A stretch of DNA of 40,826 nucleotides from Acidobacteriota bacterium (GCA_040005235.1 JBDTZG010000048.1:1-40826), one strand, 5' to 3'; numbered from the stretch's first letter, positions 1 through 11,061 are shown. Made by a program: numbers and translations. Notes: generated by a model not told the origin, from the sequence alone.

Positions 1-357
1 CCCAGACCACCACTGATCTGGCCCAGATCACCACTGAGCTGCCCCAGACCACCACTGATCTGGCCCAGACCACCACTGAGCTGGCCCAGACCACCACTGA
101 GCTGGCCCAGACCACCACTGAGCTGGACCAGATCACCACTGAGCTGGACCAGACCACCACTGAGCTGGCCCAGATCACCACTGAGCTGGACCAGGCCACC
201 ACTGAGCTGGCCCGGATCACCGCTGAGCTGGCTCAGACCACCACTGAGCTGGACCAGATCACCACTGAGCTGGACCAGACCACCATAGATCTGGCCCAAA
301 ACACTACTGACCTGGACCAGAACACCAATGATTTGAGCCAGATCATCATTGATCTGG
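1..357. repeat. 21-bp tandem repeat, about 17 units, consensus (C/A)CCAGA(C/T)CACCACTGAGCTGG
   Basis: Read directly. Contiguous units without spacers, degenerating towards 357; frame +3 reads QTTTELA/D heptads. Confidence 0.95.
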
Positions 358-419
358 ACCTCGCAACCACTGGCCGGGCTGCGATACCCTGCGACCGCAA
401 ACTCTTGAGGACAAGGCCG

Positions 420-700
420 ATGCGCGAACTGAGGCCTGACCTCAGCAGATGGCTCCTCCTCCTGCCGCTCGCCTACCTGCTCCATCTCGTGGAGGAGTGG
501 TGGGGCGGAGAGGGCTTCGTCGCCTGGACCGCCCGCGCGTTCGGGCAGCCTGTCAGCGATAGGCGCTTCCTGATCCTCAACGCCATTGTCTGGCCGCTGT
601 TCTGCGCCCTGACCGTGCTCGCGTTCCGCAAGCGCTCCCTGGCCTGGTTTCCCACGACGTGGTGATTCATGGGGTAGTTGCGGTGATTGCGTTCGCGTAG
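420..700 (+). pseudogene. HXXEE-domain membrane protein with probable internal deletion/frameshift
   Basis: MRELRPDL...LHLVEEW motif with TM helices. Frame stops at 665, but a hydrophobic C-terminus-like tail VVIHGVVAVIAFA* lies in another frame at 659-700. Confidence 0.6.
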
Positions 701-796
701 GGAATAGAGATCCCGCAGGCGAGAAAGAGCGCCGTGAGGATGCCCTTCCCGCCTACGCCCTGCTCTTCGCCGGCCGGTCCCTAGGCAGGGACAGGA

Positions 797-1558
797 CTAT
801 TTAATGGAAGCTACGTCACCACCGGCACGGCAGACCAAGTTCACGAGCTTGAAGTATTCCGCCGGGACGCTAATCCACCAGCTGATTTCGCGTATCGTAC
901 CGGGCTCGTCGATATGTCGCTCCGAGTCTTCCGGATAATTGAATAGGCGTTCCTGCACGTCGTCCTTAATGATTCCATAAGACTTCAGTTTCCGACCCCA
1001 TGTTCCCAGCCACTCATCCAAATCGAGTGGCCCCGTAGAAACACCTTGGCTGAGCGACCAATTAGAATCGACCTGTTCTTCGCAGCACCTTATTCGGAGT
1101 CCGTGCTCTTTGCTATCGACACTTTCGGACTTCGCCTGCTCTTCACGCACAAATCTTGCGAAGGCAGTCAACTCATCGTCGAGTAGATTCGCTGCAGCGG
1201 CGAAAATTGTATCTTCTGTATCAGACGTAACGCGCCCTTAGGTCACGATCTCAGCAGTTAGGATTGCAATGATCCGAGGTCCGAGAATCTTGGACTTCGA
1301 AAGTGCAACGCGTCGATAGGCGTCAAACAAAACCTCTGAACAAGCCTCGTCTTCTAATAGTTTTGTTAGCTCCTCGTCCAACTCGCTAGGCGTCGGAGCA
1401 CCATTCTGACTCGACACTTCCTTGCAGAACTGCTCAAAAAACTCTTCGGCTCTACGGCGAGTCCATCGATCGATAACATGTGTTCGGAAACTGGAGCCAA
1501 GCTTGTCTAGGAATTTTCCCGTAGCGTGGCCAACCATGAGTGTCGATATAGGATCCAT
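797..1558 (-). pseudogene. Hypothetical protein split by an in-frame TAA at 1238-1240
   Basis: ORFs 1238-1558 and 797-1171 are in the same frame and the linker is open (GRVTSDTEDTIFAAAANLLDDEL). GGAGG RBS before 1558; lower GC than flanks. Confidence 0.7.
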
Positions 1559-1757
1559 TCAAACCTCCTATGGTGCGGTTAACGTGCTCGAACTCTGGCC
1601 GGTGCGCAATCGAATGAGAACCGCGCTGTTCATCCCGCTCATCGCTATTGTCCGCAAGAATATCGCGGTTACGGTGGTGCTGGGCGTTCTCAGTGCCCCC
1701 TTTCCGCACACCAACGCGTCGGCGCACTCCAAATGGGCGGTCGCGAAGATCTGAGGC

Positions 1758-2195
1758 CTACTCGAACAGCTCGCCACCCCAATCCTTGGGATGGATGTCG
1801 ACGATCGTCTGAGTGAACGTCCACCTATGGCCGCCGAGATCGACGGCGGTGTATTGCCTTTCGCCGTAGGGATAGTCGGCGGGGGGATTTATGATCTGGG
1901 CGCCGAATTGTTGGGCTCTCGCGCGGTGGATGTCGGCGTCGGCCACACGCACCATGACGGAGTGGCTGGTGTGGGTTGTCAGCTCCGGAGACGAAGATTC
2001 TGGAACGACGCGCTGCTCGGTTACGACGATGGCGCCGTCACCGAAAGTGAGCTGCACGCGGTGGTTTCCGATCCGCAGCCGCTCGACGAAACCGAAGGCT
2101 TGGCAGAGCCATGTTGCCGCTTCGGTGACGTCGGGGTAGGCGAGCTCAGGGATCACCGTGCTGGGCGGGCATGAGCGATTCGTAGGGAGGTTCAT
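1758..2195 (-). CDS. VOC family (glyoxalase/bleomycin-resistance) protein
   Basis: PELAYPDV..A..WLCQAFGF, DYPYGERQY...DLGGHRWTF. Confidence 0.9.
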   Translation of the reverse strand: MNLPTNRSCPPSTVIPELAYPDVTEAATWLCQAFGFVERLRIGNHRVQLTFGDGAIVVTEQRVVPESSSPELTTHTSHSVMVRVADADIHRARAQQFGAQIINPPADYPYGERQYTAVDLGGHRWTFTQTIVDIHPKDWGGELFE

Positions 2196-2230
2196 GGCTG
2201 TTGCCTCGGAGAGGGAGGAGTAAGGAGATC

Positions 2231-2581
2231 TCAGTCGGCTTCTAGAAGCGGCTGCTCAAAGAAGCCGATCACCGTCTCCATAGCAGCCAGGATGTCGGAT
2301 GGTATCTCCGTGCGATCGAGGATTCGGTACGCCACGGCGCGAGCCACCGCTTGGTGCGGACGGAGACCTCGGGTGGCATAAAGATCGCGGGAGGTCCCGT
2401 CGTGAAACCTATGGATGCGGTCGTTCAACTCGAAAGGGTCGATCTCGCCTCTTCGCCAGCGGGCGAACTCCTGTTCGACCTTGCCGAGTTCGGCCGAAAG
2501 CTCGCGCTCGTGCGCCACCGCCGCCAGCTCTCGCAGCTTCTTGCGATTCGCTTTGGTGTCCAGCTCGGCAGGGCCGCTCAT
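2231..2581 (-). CDS. Hypothetical helical protein
   Basis: GGAG RBS then ATG at 2581; LRELA..AHEREL...W..GEIDPFELNDRIHRFH. Confidence 0.75.
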   Translation of the reverse strand: MSGPAELDTKANRKKLRELAAVAHERELSAELGKVEQEFARWRRGEIDPFELNDRIHRFHDGTSRDLYATRGLRPHQAVARAVAYRILDRTEIPSDILAAMETVIGFFEQPLLEAD

Positions 2582-2671
2582 CGTGCTCCTCCCCGGTTGC
2601 TCGAAAGGATAGCGCAGCACACTGGAGAGGAGGTGCCATTCGTACGCGATCCGGTCGTTGGCTCGCCCGTC

Positions 2672-2806
2672 CGCGAGGGGTTGAAACCCCTCGCTACGCT
2701 AGCCGTCCCTGGCGGGACGGGTTCGTCGTCGAAAGACCGTGGCGACGGGTAGGGGAGCGTCCCGGGAGGGACGCCGTAACGTAGCGAGCGATTTCAATCG
2801 CTCGCG
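2672..2806. repeat. REP doublet (REPIN-like): two inverted GTAG-hairpin elements with inner hairpins
   Basis: 2672-2698 on the minus strand reads CGTAG-CGAGGGG-TTTCAA-CCCCTCG-CG; 2780-2806 on the plus strand reads CGTAG-CGAGCGA-TTTCAA-TCGCTCG-CG. Inner CGTCCC-n4-GGGACG hairpins at about 2704 and 2758. Confidence 0.8.
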
Positions 2807-2830
2807 GGGGTCCGGGCTCTCTGGAGCCCC

Positions 2831-3505
2831 CTACGCCGCCTGCCGCTCCCAAGCCTCCCGCACCCGCGGCGGGGCGTAGATCGATTCCGGGATCTCCGCC
2901 AGGCGCGAGGGGTGGATCTGGGGACCCAGGCCGAAGAATTGGCAGAAGCTCATGATCAGCGGACGCCATTTGGCGGGGTCGATGCGGTTTTCGTGGCCTT
3001 CCATCACGATCTCTTCGGCGACGTGGACGCGCTCGACGCGGACCTCGATCGCGACCAGGGTGGCCGGCTTTTCGGGATCGCGGTCGCCGACGGGGTGAGA
3101 GGCCGTGATCTTCGCTTCGAGCTGGACGGGGCACTCTGCCACGCGGGGCGGGCCGACGAGATCGGAGGGGACGGCGGTGAAGCCGCTGGTAGCGAACTTG
3201 TCGCGCTCGTGGCGGTAGCCCATCGCGGCCTTGTGCGGAGGAACGGGATCGGAGCCGGTGGTACGGGCCAGGCGGTCGACGTGGGAGACCAGATCGGCCG
3301 ACGGCAGATTGAGCACGCACTCTCCCGTGCGGAGCAGGTTCTGCGGCGTGTGGGAGCGCGCTCCGAAGCCGAGCAGGCAGTTCCAGCCGAGCCACCAGGC
3401 GGAAGAGATCGGGGCGAGGTTCGCGCTGCCGTCTTCGTTGAGGGTTGAGACCAGAACGACGGGGGTGCCGAAGTAGAGGATCGCGGGATCGAGTGTTTTG
3501 TGCAT
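2831..3505 (-). CDS. Flavin reductase-like protein (DIM6/NTAB family)
   Basis: ILYFGTPVVLVST.N.DG.ANLAPISS, T..NL.RTGECVLNL, PPRVAECPVQLE. Confidence 0.9.
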   Translation of the reverse strand: MHKTLDPAILYFGTPVVLVSTLNEDGSANLAPISSAWWLGWNCLLGFGARSHTPQNLLRTGECVLNLPSADLVSHVDRLARTTGSDPVPPHKAAMGYRHERDKFATSGFTAVPSDLVGPPRVAECPVQLEAKITASHPVGDRDPEKPATLVAIEVRVERVHVAEEIVMEGHENRIDPAKWRPLIMSFCQFFGLGPQIHPSRLAEIPESIYAPPRVREAWERQAA

Positions 3506-3563
3506 GGCGGGATCGTAGAGATCCCGCCCCAGGGGCCGCACTCCGGATCTTGCGTTCGAACTC

Positions 3564-5195
3564 TTACTCCGAGCGAACCGCCGAGACCTCCGGAGGAACC
3601 CGATCCGCGTGCTGCCAGATCGCGCGCAGTTCCTCCCGCGCCCGAGCGGCGGTCGGCTCGTCGTTGAGCCGGGCCGCCGCGCGGGACAGTCCGAGAAGCG
3701 AAGTCGTGCGCCGAGGCGTCCGGGCCAACGCGGTCTCGAACGCGACTTTGGCGCCGGTCGGGTCGCCGCTCGCTAACAGGATCTCACCGAGCAGCTCGTG
3801 AGCCGGTTTGTCGACCGTCGGCGGGCCGAAATCGACCGGCATGTCCGCTTCCATCTTGGTCGCGGCGAGCAGGCGCTCGACGGCGAGAGAGGCTTTGCCC
3901 TCCGCCGCGGCGATGGCTCCGGCCAGTTCCAGGGTGAGCACCTCCGTGCGCTGCTGCGGCGACCGGTCGGTCGGCTTGTCGGCCGCGAACTTGGCGTCCA
4001 GCTCGGCCTTGGCGACGTTCATCTTTGCCGCCTCTGCCTTGGCGGTCGCTAGATCTCCCCGCCGGGCCGCGGCGAAACCGCGGGCGAACGCCAGGCCGAA
4101 GCGGGTGGCCGGGCGCGGGCCGGGATCGATCGTCCAAGAGGCGACCTCGCCGCCGAAATCCTCGCTGTCGATCAGGTAACGCGACCACATCGAGACGTAG
4201 GAGCCGAGCGACGAGCGGTCCGGGTCGTAGCCAGGGTCGTTCGCCCCCTGGGCATCTGCCGATGTGGCCTCGGTCCGGCACTCTTCGAGCACACGGCGGG
4301 CGTCGCGCAGGCGGCCCTGTTCCTGGTAGCCGTAGGCGAGCCAGACCGCATAGTGCCCGCACCCCCGTCCGTGTTTACCGTGGCCGGTAAGCAGGCGATT
4401 TCCCGCGGACGTGGCGGCCTCGTTGGCAGCGACCACTCCGTCCCAGTCTCCCAGCGCCAGAAAGATGTGCGACGTCATGTGGAGGGCATGCGGCGCTTCG
4501 GGCGCCACCTGGCCGTAGCGGCGCGCGGCGCGCAGGCCCAGCGGGGCGTGGGCCGGGTCGTCGTACGAGTGAATCAGATAGTGGAGGATGCCGGGGTGGT
4601 CGGGTAGGCGGCAGATCCACTCTTCGAGGATCGCGGCGGAGCGCATGTAGATCGCCACGTCGCGGCCCGCGTGGGCGGTGCCGAGAATGGACAGAGCATG
4701 AAACGCCGCGGCGTCGGGATCGTCGGGGAAGCGCCGGGAGAGGTCGCCCATCGCCGCCTCGTAGCGGAAATCGCGGTCTTCCTTCGATCCCTCGCCGTAG
4801 AGGATCTCGATCGCCGCCAGGTACCCCTTTTCGCGATCCGTCGGCGCCTTGGCCGCCCGCTCTTCGGGAATCTTTCCCAGTTTGGCGAGAACCGCCCGGG
4901 CGGCGGGCAGATCCTGCTCCATCCAGATCGCGTGATTGAAGGTCATCGCCTCGCCCCAATAGGCCATGGCGAAGCCGGGGTCGATTTTTTCGGCGGCGTC
5001 AAACGCCTCGGCCGCGGTCTTGTACTCAAAGTTGTGCAGCTGGGCGAGGCCGTAGAGGAAGCGCTCCTGCGCCGCGGGCGCCCCGGAGTTGGAAAACGCA
5101 ACCTGGCCCGCAGTGGCGGCGGGCTGTGCTAGCGCGGGGAGGGCGAGAAGGGACCAAAGCGTGCCGAAGGAGGCGATGCGCCGAAGGGGTTTCAT
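3564..5195 (-). CDS. Secreted TPR-like helical-repeat protein with His-rich motifs
   Basis: Signal peptide ending ALA-Q; F..A...DPGFAMAYWGEAM, HYLIH, HALHMTSHIF. Confidence 0.85.
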   Translation of the reverse strand: MKPLRRIASFGTLWSLLALPALAQPAATAGQVAFSNSGAPAAQERFLYGLAQLHNFEYKTAAEAFDAAEKIDPGFAMAYWGEAMTFNHAIWMEQDLPAARAVLAKLGKIPEERAAKAPTDREKGYLAAIEILYGEGSKEDRDFRYEAAMGDLSRRFPDDPDAAAFHALSILGTAHAGRDVAIYMRSAAILEEWICRLPDHPGILHYLIHSYDDPAHAPLGLRAARRYGQVAPEAPHALHMTSHIFLALGDWDGVVAANEAATSAGNRLLTGHGKHGRGCGHYAVWLAYGYQEQGRLRDARRVLEECRTEATSADAQGANDPGYDPDRSSLGSYVSMWSRYLIDSEDFGGEVASWTIDPGPRPATRFGLAFARGFAAARRGDLATAKAEAAKMNVAKAELDAKFAADKPTDRSPQQRTEVLTLELAGAIAAAEGKASLAVERLLAATKMEADMPVDFGPPTVDKPAHELLGEILLASGDPTGAKVAFETALARTPRRTTSLLGLSRAAARLNDEPTAARAREELRAIWQHADRVPPEVSAVRSE

Positions 5196-5361
5196 GGGGG
5201 CGAGCTTATCTCCTCCCTCCGCGGTTCGTACCGTCGAGCTGCGCCGACGGAGCCGCGTCCTGGAGTCTGTTCCAAGGCCACAGACGACTTCGTCGCTGTT
5301 CTGGCTGGAGTGCGGAACGCGCGAGTCGCGGTTGCAGAGGTTTCGATGGAGGCAATGATGC

Positions 5362-5586
5362 CTACGACGCCCAGCGCATCTCCAGCTTTCGATGGGAGGC
5401 GACGCAGTCGCGCAGGTAAAGGTCGATGAGGGTCTCGTATGGAATTCCAGTCTCCCTGGCGATTCCTTGGAAATAGGCGATGACGTCGTCACCGACGCGA
5501 AGAGTGACCTGCTTCTTGAGCCTCTCCGCATAGGGATTGGGTCTCGATTTCATCGCTGCCAGGTCGTACTCTTTTTCCATTTCCAT
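5362..5586 (-). CDS. brnA: BrnA/CopG-type antitoxin
   Basis: EYDL..MKSRPNPYA..LKKQVTLR....IAYF..IA.ETGIPY.TLI.LYLRDC. Confidence 0.85.
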   Translation of the reverse strand: MEMEKEYDLAAMKSRPNPYAERLKKQVTLRVGDDVIAYFQGIARETGIPYETLIDLYLRDCVASHRKLEMRWAS

Positions 5587-5589
5587 TTC

Positions 5590-5875
5590 TCACCTCCGGT
5601 AGAGCCCGGCTTCGCTTTTGGTAGCTTCTCGCGCAGAGATCAGGCGGATCACCGACTCGCTCTCTCGGTAGCAGTGGCAAACCAAGAGTAGCCTCAACTG
5701 AGCATCTCAAGCCGAGTAGGAGGAACCGGCCCTCCCAATCGGAGTGCTCGTCATCGTAGTACTCGACAGCGAAAGCGTCGTAGAAAACCGTCCGAGCATC
5801 CTCGAAGGAGACCTTATGTTTCCTGAGATTCTCCTCGGCCTTGACGGGATCCCACTCGAATTGCAGCTCGTTCAT
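5590..5875 (-). pseudogene. brnT: BrnT family toxin, frameshifted near 5705
   Basis: FEWDP.KAEENLRKH.VSFEDA...D.EHS..E.RFLLLG, then one extra base; the shifted frame continues LRLLLVCHCYRESESVIRLISAREAT...* ending at 5590. Confidence 0.85.
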
Positions 5876-5952
5876 GGTCCTGGTCTGCTCGGCCACCGCG
5901 CTCTAGGAGTCTACTTGAAGATCCCGCTGACACGGAACAAACGGGAGTTCCC

Positions 5953-6726
5953 TCACCCCAACCGCCCCAGCCACTCCGCCATCCCTCGCCAAAGCTCTTC
6001 CTTCCGATCCGTCAACCGGTGATCCCCGTCGGCATATAGCCGCAGCTCGATCCGGCGGTAGCGGCAGCGGGCGACGAAGTCGACCACGTCGGCGTAGGGG
6101 ACCGAGGCGTCCATCCGGCCTTGGAAGATCAGGGTGGGGGTTTGGAGCTGTTCCTGGAGTTCCCCGCGCGGGTAGCGCCGGAGGTCTTCAATCAGCGGCC
6201 AGGCGAGGTCGCTTTCGACGAAGCCGTTGTCGAAACGGAGGGTACCCTCCCGCTGCCAGCGCGCCGCGCGCTCGGGGCCTGCCCAGGTGAGCAGGCCTTT
6301 TTCCATCTCCAGGGCCGGGGCGATCAAGAGGTTCATGGTGATCCGCTGCGGATGCTTTGCCGCATACCAGAGGGCGGTCGCACCCCCCATGGACGAGCCG
6401 ATCAGCGCGAAGCGCTCCCAGCCCAGCTCGGCGCGGACGAGCTCGACGTCCTCCAGATTGCGGGAGAGAGTGAGGTCGGCGAGGCTGCCCCCGGAGTTGC
6501 CGTGGCCGCGAAAATCGAACGAGGCGAAGCGGTAGCCGGCGGCGAGCGCCTGTTCGCGGAAGAAGTCGGCCTTCTCGCCCGCCTGGGCCGAACCGAAGCC
6601 GTGCAGATAGAGAATGCCCGGCGAGCGAGGAGTGCCCTCCGGGGTCGCCAGGCGCAGCGAGATCGACGCCGATTTCCCGCCGCCCCGGGAAACGGGGAGC
6701 GTGCGGACGATCTCGGGCGGTCTCAT
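5953..6726 (-). CDS. Alpha/beta fold hydrolase (esterase)
   Basis: LHGFGS, FDFRGHG.SGG, GSSMGG nucleophile elbow, D..V and GDH catalytic triad motifs; start uncertain. Confidence 0.9.
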   Translation of the reverse strand: MRPPEIVRTLPVSRGGGKSASISLRLATPEGTPRSPGILYLHGFGSAQAGEKADFFREQALAAGYRFASFDFRGHGNSGGSLADLTLSRNLEDVELVRAELGWERFALIGSSMGGATALWYAAKHPQRITMNLLIAPALEMEKGLLTWAGPERAARWQREGTLRFDNGFVESDLAWPLIEDLRRYPRGELQEQLQTPTLIFQGRMDASVPYADVVDFVARCRYRRIELRLYADGDHRLTDRKEELWRGMAEWLGRLG

Positions 6727-6902
6727 TTCGGGTCGCGAGGGGCACTCCTTGCTTGGCGGCGGTGGCCCGAATCCTAGGCCGAAATCCCGGTTCAGGTAGA
6801 ATAGCGTCCCCAGGAACCGCTCCATGGACGTATCAGGAGCCCTCCCGTCCCGTCTCAGCGATCCCGACCTTCCTTCTCTATGAGAGAAACGGAGCTTGTT
6901 TT

Positions 6903-9365
6903 GTGACCCGAAGAATGCTGATCAACGCCCAGAGCCCGGAGGAGCTGCGGATCGCCGTAGCCCACGGCACCAACCTCGAGAGCTATCACGTCGAGGTCGC
7001 CGACGCCGGGATGACCCGGGGCAACATCTACCGTGGCGTCATCGCGGGCATCCAGCCCTCGCTGAACGCCGCCTTCATCGACTACGGCGCCGAGCGCAAC
7101 GGATTCCTATCGATTCAGGACGTCGTCCCCGAGGCCTACTACCGTGAACCCTCCGGTGGCCGGCCCAGGATCGAAGACGTGCTCGAAAAGGGCAAGCCGA
7201 TCGTCGTCCAAGTGAGCCGCGACCCGGAAGGGCAGAAGGGCTCGGCGCTCACCACCAATCTTTCTCTGGCCGGCCGCTACCTTGTGCTCACCCCGTTCGA
7301 CTCGATGCGCGGCGTCTCGCGCAAGGTCGAAGACGAGGACGTGAGGAAAGAGCTGCGCGAGATCGCGCACAAGCTCGAAGTGCCGGAAGGCTGCGGGCTG
7401 ATCGTGCGGACCAACGCGCTCGACCAGAACCGGACCGTGCTTGCCCGCGACGTCCAGGCGCTTTTGCGCTTGTGGAAGCGGGTACAGAACGAGGCGATCG
7501 CCGGCCGCCAGACCAAGCTGCTCTACTCCGACCAGGACCTGATCCTGCGCGCCATCCGCGACGTCCTCGACAGCTCGATCGAGGAGGTGCTGGTCGACGA
7601 CGACGCGGCGTTCGAGGCCGCGGGCGAGTACATGCAGGCGTTCCTGCCGCGCAGCAAGACCACGCTGGTGCGCTACACCGAGCGGGCGCCGATCTTCTTC
7701 CGCTACGGCGTCGAGGACCAGATCGACAAGATCTACGAGCGAAGCGTGGCGCTCCCCTCCGGCGGCTCGATCGTCATCGACCCGACCGAGGCGCTCACCG
7801 CGATCGACGTCAACTCGGGCAAATCGACCCGCGGCGGCAGCCAGGAAGAAACCGCCCTCCAGACCAACCTCGAAGCGGCGGCGGAGGTCGCCCGCCAGCT
7901 GCGCATGCGCGACGTCGGCGGCTTGATCGTCGTCGACTTCATCGACATGCGCTCGATCAAGGCAAAGAAAAAGGTCGAAAAAGCGGTCAAGGACGCGATG
8001 AAGGTCGATCGCGCCCGGAACAACGTCGGGCGGATTTCGTCCAACGGCCTGGTCGAGATCAACCGGCAGCGGATCTCGCAGGCGCTGCGCCTGCGTACCC
8101 ACCGGGCCTGCCCGACCTGCGCCGGCACCGGCCGGATCGCCAGCCCCGAGATGGTCGCCTTAAACCTCCTGCGCCGGATCGAGGGGCGCGCCGCCTCGGG
8201 CCGGCTCCAGAGCGTGCGGGTCTCCCTCCATCCGGAGTTGGCCGACGCGCTCCAGAACAGTCGGCGGCAGAAGCTCGCCGCGCTCGAACGGGAGTTCCAG
8301 ATCGGCATCGAGATCATCGCGAGCACCAGCCTGCACCGGCCGGAAGAGAAGATCGAATGGATCGATCGGCCGGGCGGCGCGATCGTGCTGCCGCAAAAGA
8401 GCAGCGAGGCGATGGCGCTCGAATTCTCGGCTCCGGCCCTGCCGGCGGCCCCTGCGGCCCCGGTCCGGCGTGACGATAAGCGCCGCGGTTCTGCGAACCA
8501 ACAGGCGAACCAGCCGGCGATCCAGGCGCGCGAGTTGGCGATACCGGCCCCGGAGAAGCGGGCCCCGGAGAAGCGGACTCCCGCCGGGGCTGCGCCCGAG
8601 ACCGAAGCCGACAGGAAAAAGAAGCGTCGGCGTGGCGGACGGAATCGGAAGAAAAACGGCGGCACGGCCTCCGAGGCGCCGCTCGATCCGAATCAGGTCC
8701 GGGTTTTTGGCGACGAATCGGACGGCGGAGATTTCTCCGGCCCCAACGGCGACGACTTCGAAGCGGACTCCGACCTGGATCTCGATCTCGAAGGCGAAGA
8801 CTCCGAAGCTTTGGAGGCCGGCTCGGTCTCCGAGACCGGAGAGCCGGAGACCGCGGCGCAGAAAGCCAAGCGACGCCGTCGCGGCGGGCGCAAGCGGAAG
8901 CGCGGCGGGAAAAACGGCGATGCGCCGAGCCCTGAGCCGAAAGGCACGGGGGAGGGCGGGGGCGAATTGACCGCGAGCGCCGAATCCGACGAAGACGATG
9001 ACGATGAGGGAGACGAGGGGCCTGAAGGCGACGAGGCCGGTTCGGTCGAGGCCGCCGACGGAGCCGAATCGCCGGCCGGGCGCGGGAAGAAGCGCCGGCC
9101 CCGCCGCCGCGGTGGGCGGAAGCGGGCTGTCGGAAGAGCGAGCTCTGAAGGTGCCGAAGGAGCGGAAGCCGGCGGCAGCACTGAGGGCACGGATGGCACC
9201 GTGGGTGCCGCTGGCGGCGATGGCGCAGATGGCGCAGACACTGCCGATGGAAACGTCGGAGAGAGAAGAGAACCTCCCGTCGGGGAACCGGTTGCCGCTC
9301 CCGAGGCGGCTCCCGCTCCAGTGGCTCCCCTCGTGTTCGAGCCGCCGCTGACGTTCATCGATTGA
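6903..9365 (+). CDS. rne: Ribonuclease E/G (Rne/Rng) with long disordered C-terminal tail
   Basis: GNIY.G.I..I.PSLNAAFIDYG..RNGFL S1 domain, IDVNSG, GGLIVVDFIDM, CPTC.GTG Zn-link; GTG start after GGAG. Confidence 0.95.
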   Translation: MTRRMLINAQSPEELRIAVAHGTNLESYHVEVADAGMTRGNIYRGVIAGIQPSLNAAFIDYGAERNGFLSIQDVVPEAYYREPSGGRPRIEDVLEKGKPIVVQVSRDPEGQKGSALTTNLSLAGRYLVLTPFDSMRGVSRKVEDEDVRKELREIAHKLEVPEGCGLIVRTNALDQNRTVLARDVQALLRLWKRVQNEAIAGRQTKLLYSDQDLILRAIRDVLDSSIEEVLVDDDAAFEAAGEYMQAFLPRSKTTLVRYTERAPIFFRYGVEDQIDKIYERSVALPSGGSIVIDPTEALTAIDVNSGKSTRGGSQEETALQTNLEAAAEVARQLRMRDVGGLIVVDFIDMRSIKAKKKVEKAVKDAMKVDRARNNVGRISSNGLVEINRQRISQALRLRTHRACPTCAGTGRIASPEMVALNLLRRIEGRAASGRLQSVRVSLHPELADALQNSRRQKLAALEREFQIGIEIIASTSLHRPEEKIEWIDRPGGAIVLPQKSSEAMALEFSAPALPAAPAAPVRRDDKRRGSANQQANQPAIQARELAIPAPEKRAPEKRTPAGAAPETEADRKKKRRRGGRNRKKNGGTASEAPLDPNQVRVFGDESDGGDFSGPNGDDFEADSDLDLDLEGEDSEALEAGSVSETGEPETAAQKAKRRRRGGRKRKRGGKNGDAPSPEPKGTGEGGGELTASAESDEDDDDEGDEGPEGDEAGSVEAADGAESPAGRGKKRRPRRRGGRKRAVGRASSEGAEGAEAGGSTEGTDGTVGAAGGDGADGADTADGNVGERREPPVGEPVAAPEAAPAPVAPLVFEPPLTFID

Positions 9366-9408
9366 GCCATCCGGAGTCGATCGGGGTCTAGCACGAGGGA
9401 TGGCCTTG

Positions 9409-9417
9409 TGCCATGAT
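9409..9417 (+). promoter_or_regulatory. Possible extended -10 promoter (TGnCATGAT) for the actC operon
   Basis: TG-C-CATGAT in the rne-actC gap; sequence resemblance only. Confidence 0.3.
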
Positions 9418-9525
9418 CGGCCCAACGGATTCGACGTAGGTTTTAAGCCCGGCCGAGCCGGTGGGCCGGCGGTGGGCGCGGACTAGGGTGCATTGGCTAC
9501 GCCCACCAAGGCGACGAGCGCGGGC

Positions 9526-11060
<1,535 letters not shown>

Positions 11061-11061
<1 letters not shown>

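Noticed and set aside
1-357. CRISPR array
   Set aside because: Units are contiguous 21-mers with no unique spacers, and there are no cas genes in the window.
1238-1240. Stop-codon recoding (Sec/Pyl or alternative code)
   Set aside because: The codon is TAA, which terminates other genes in this window normally.
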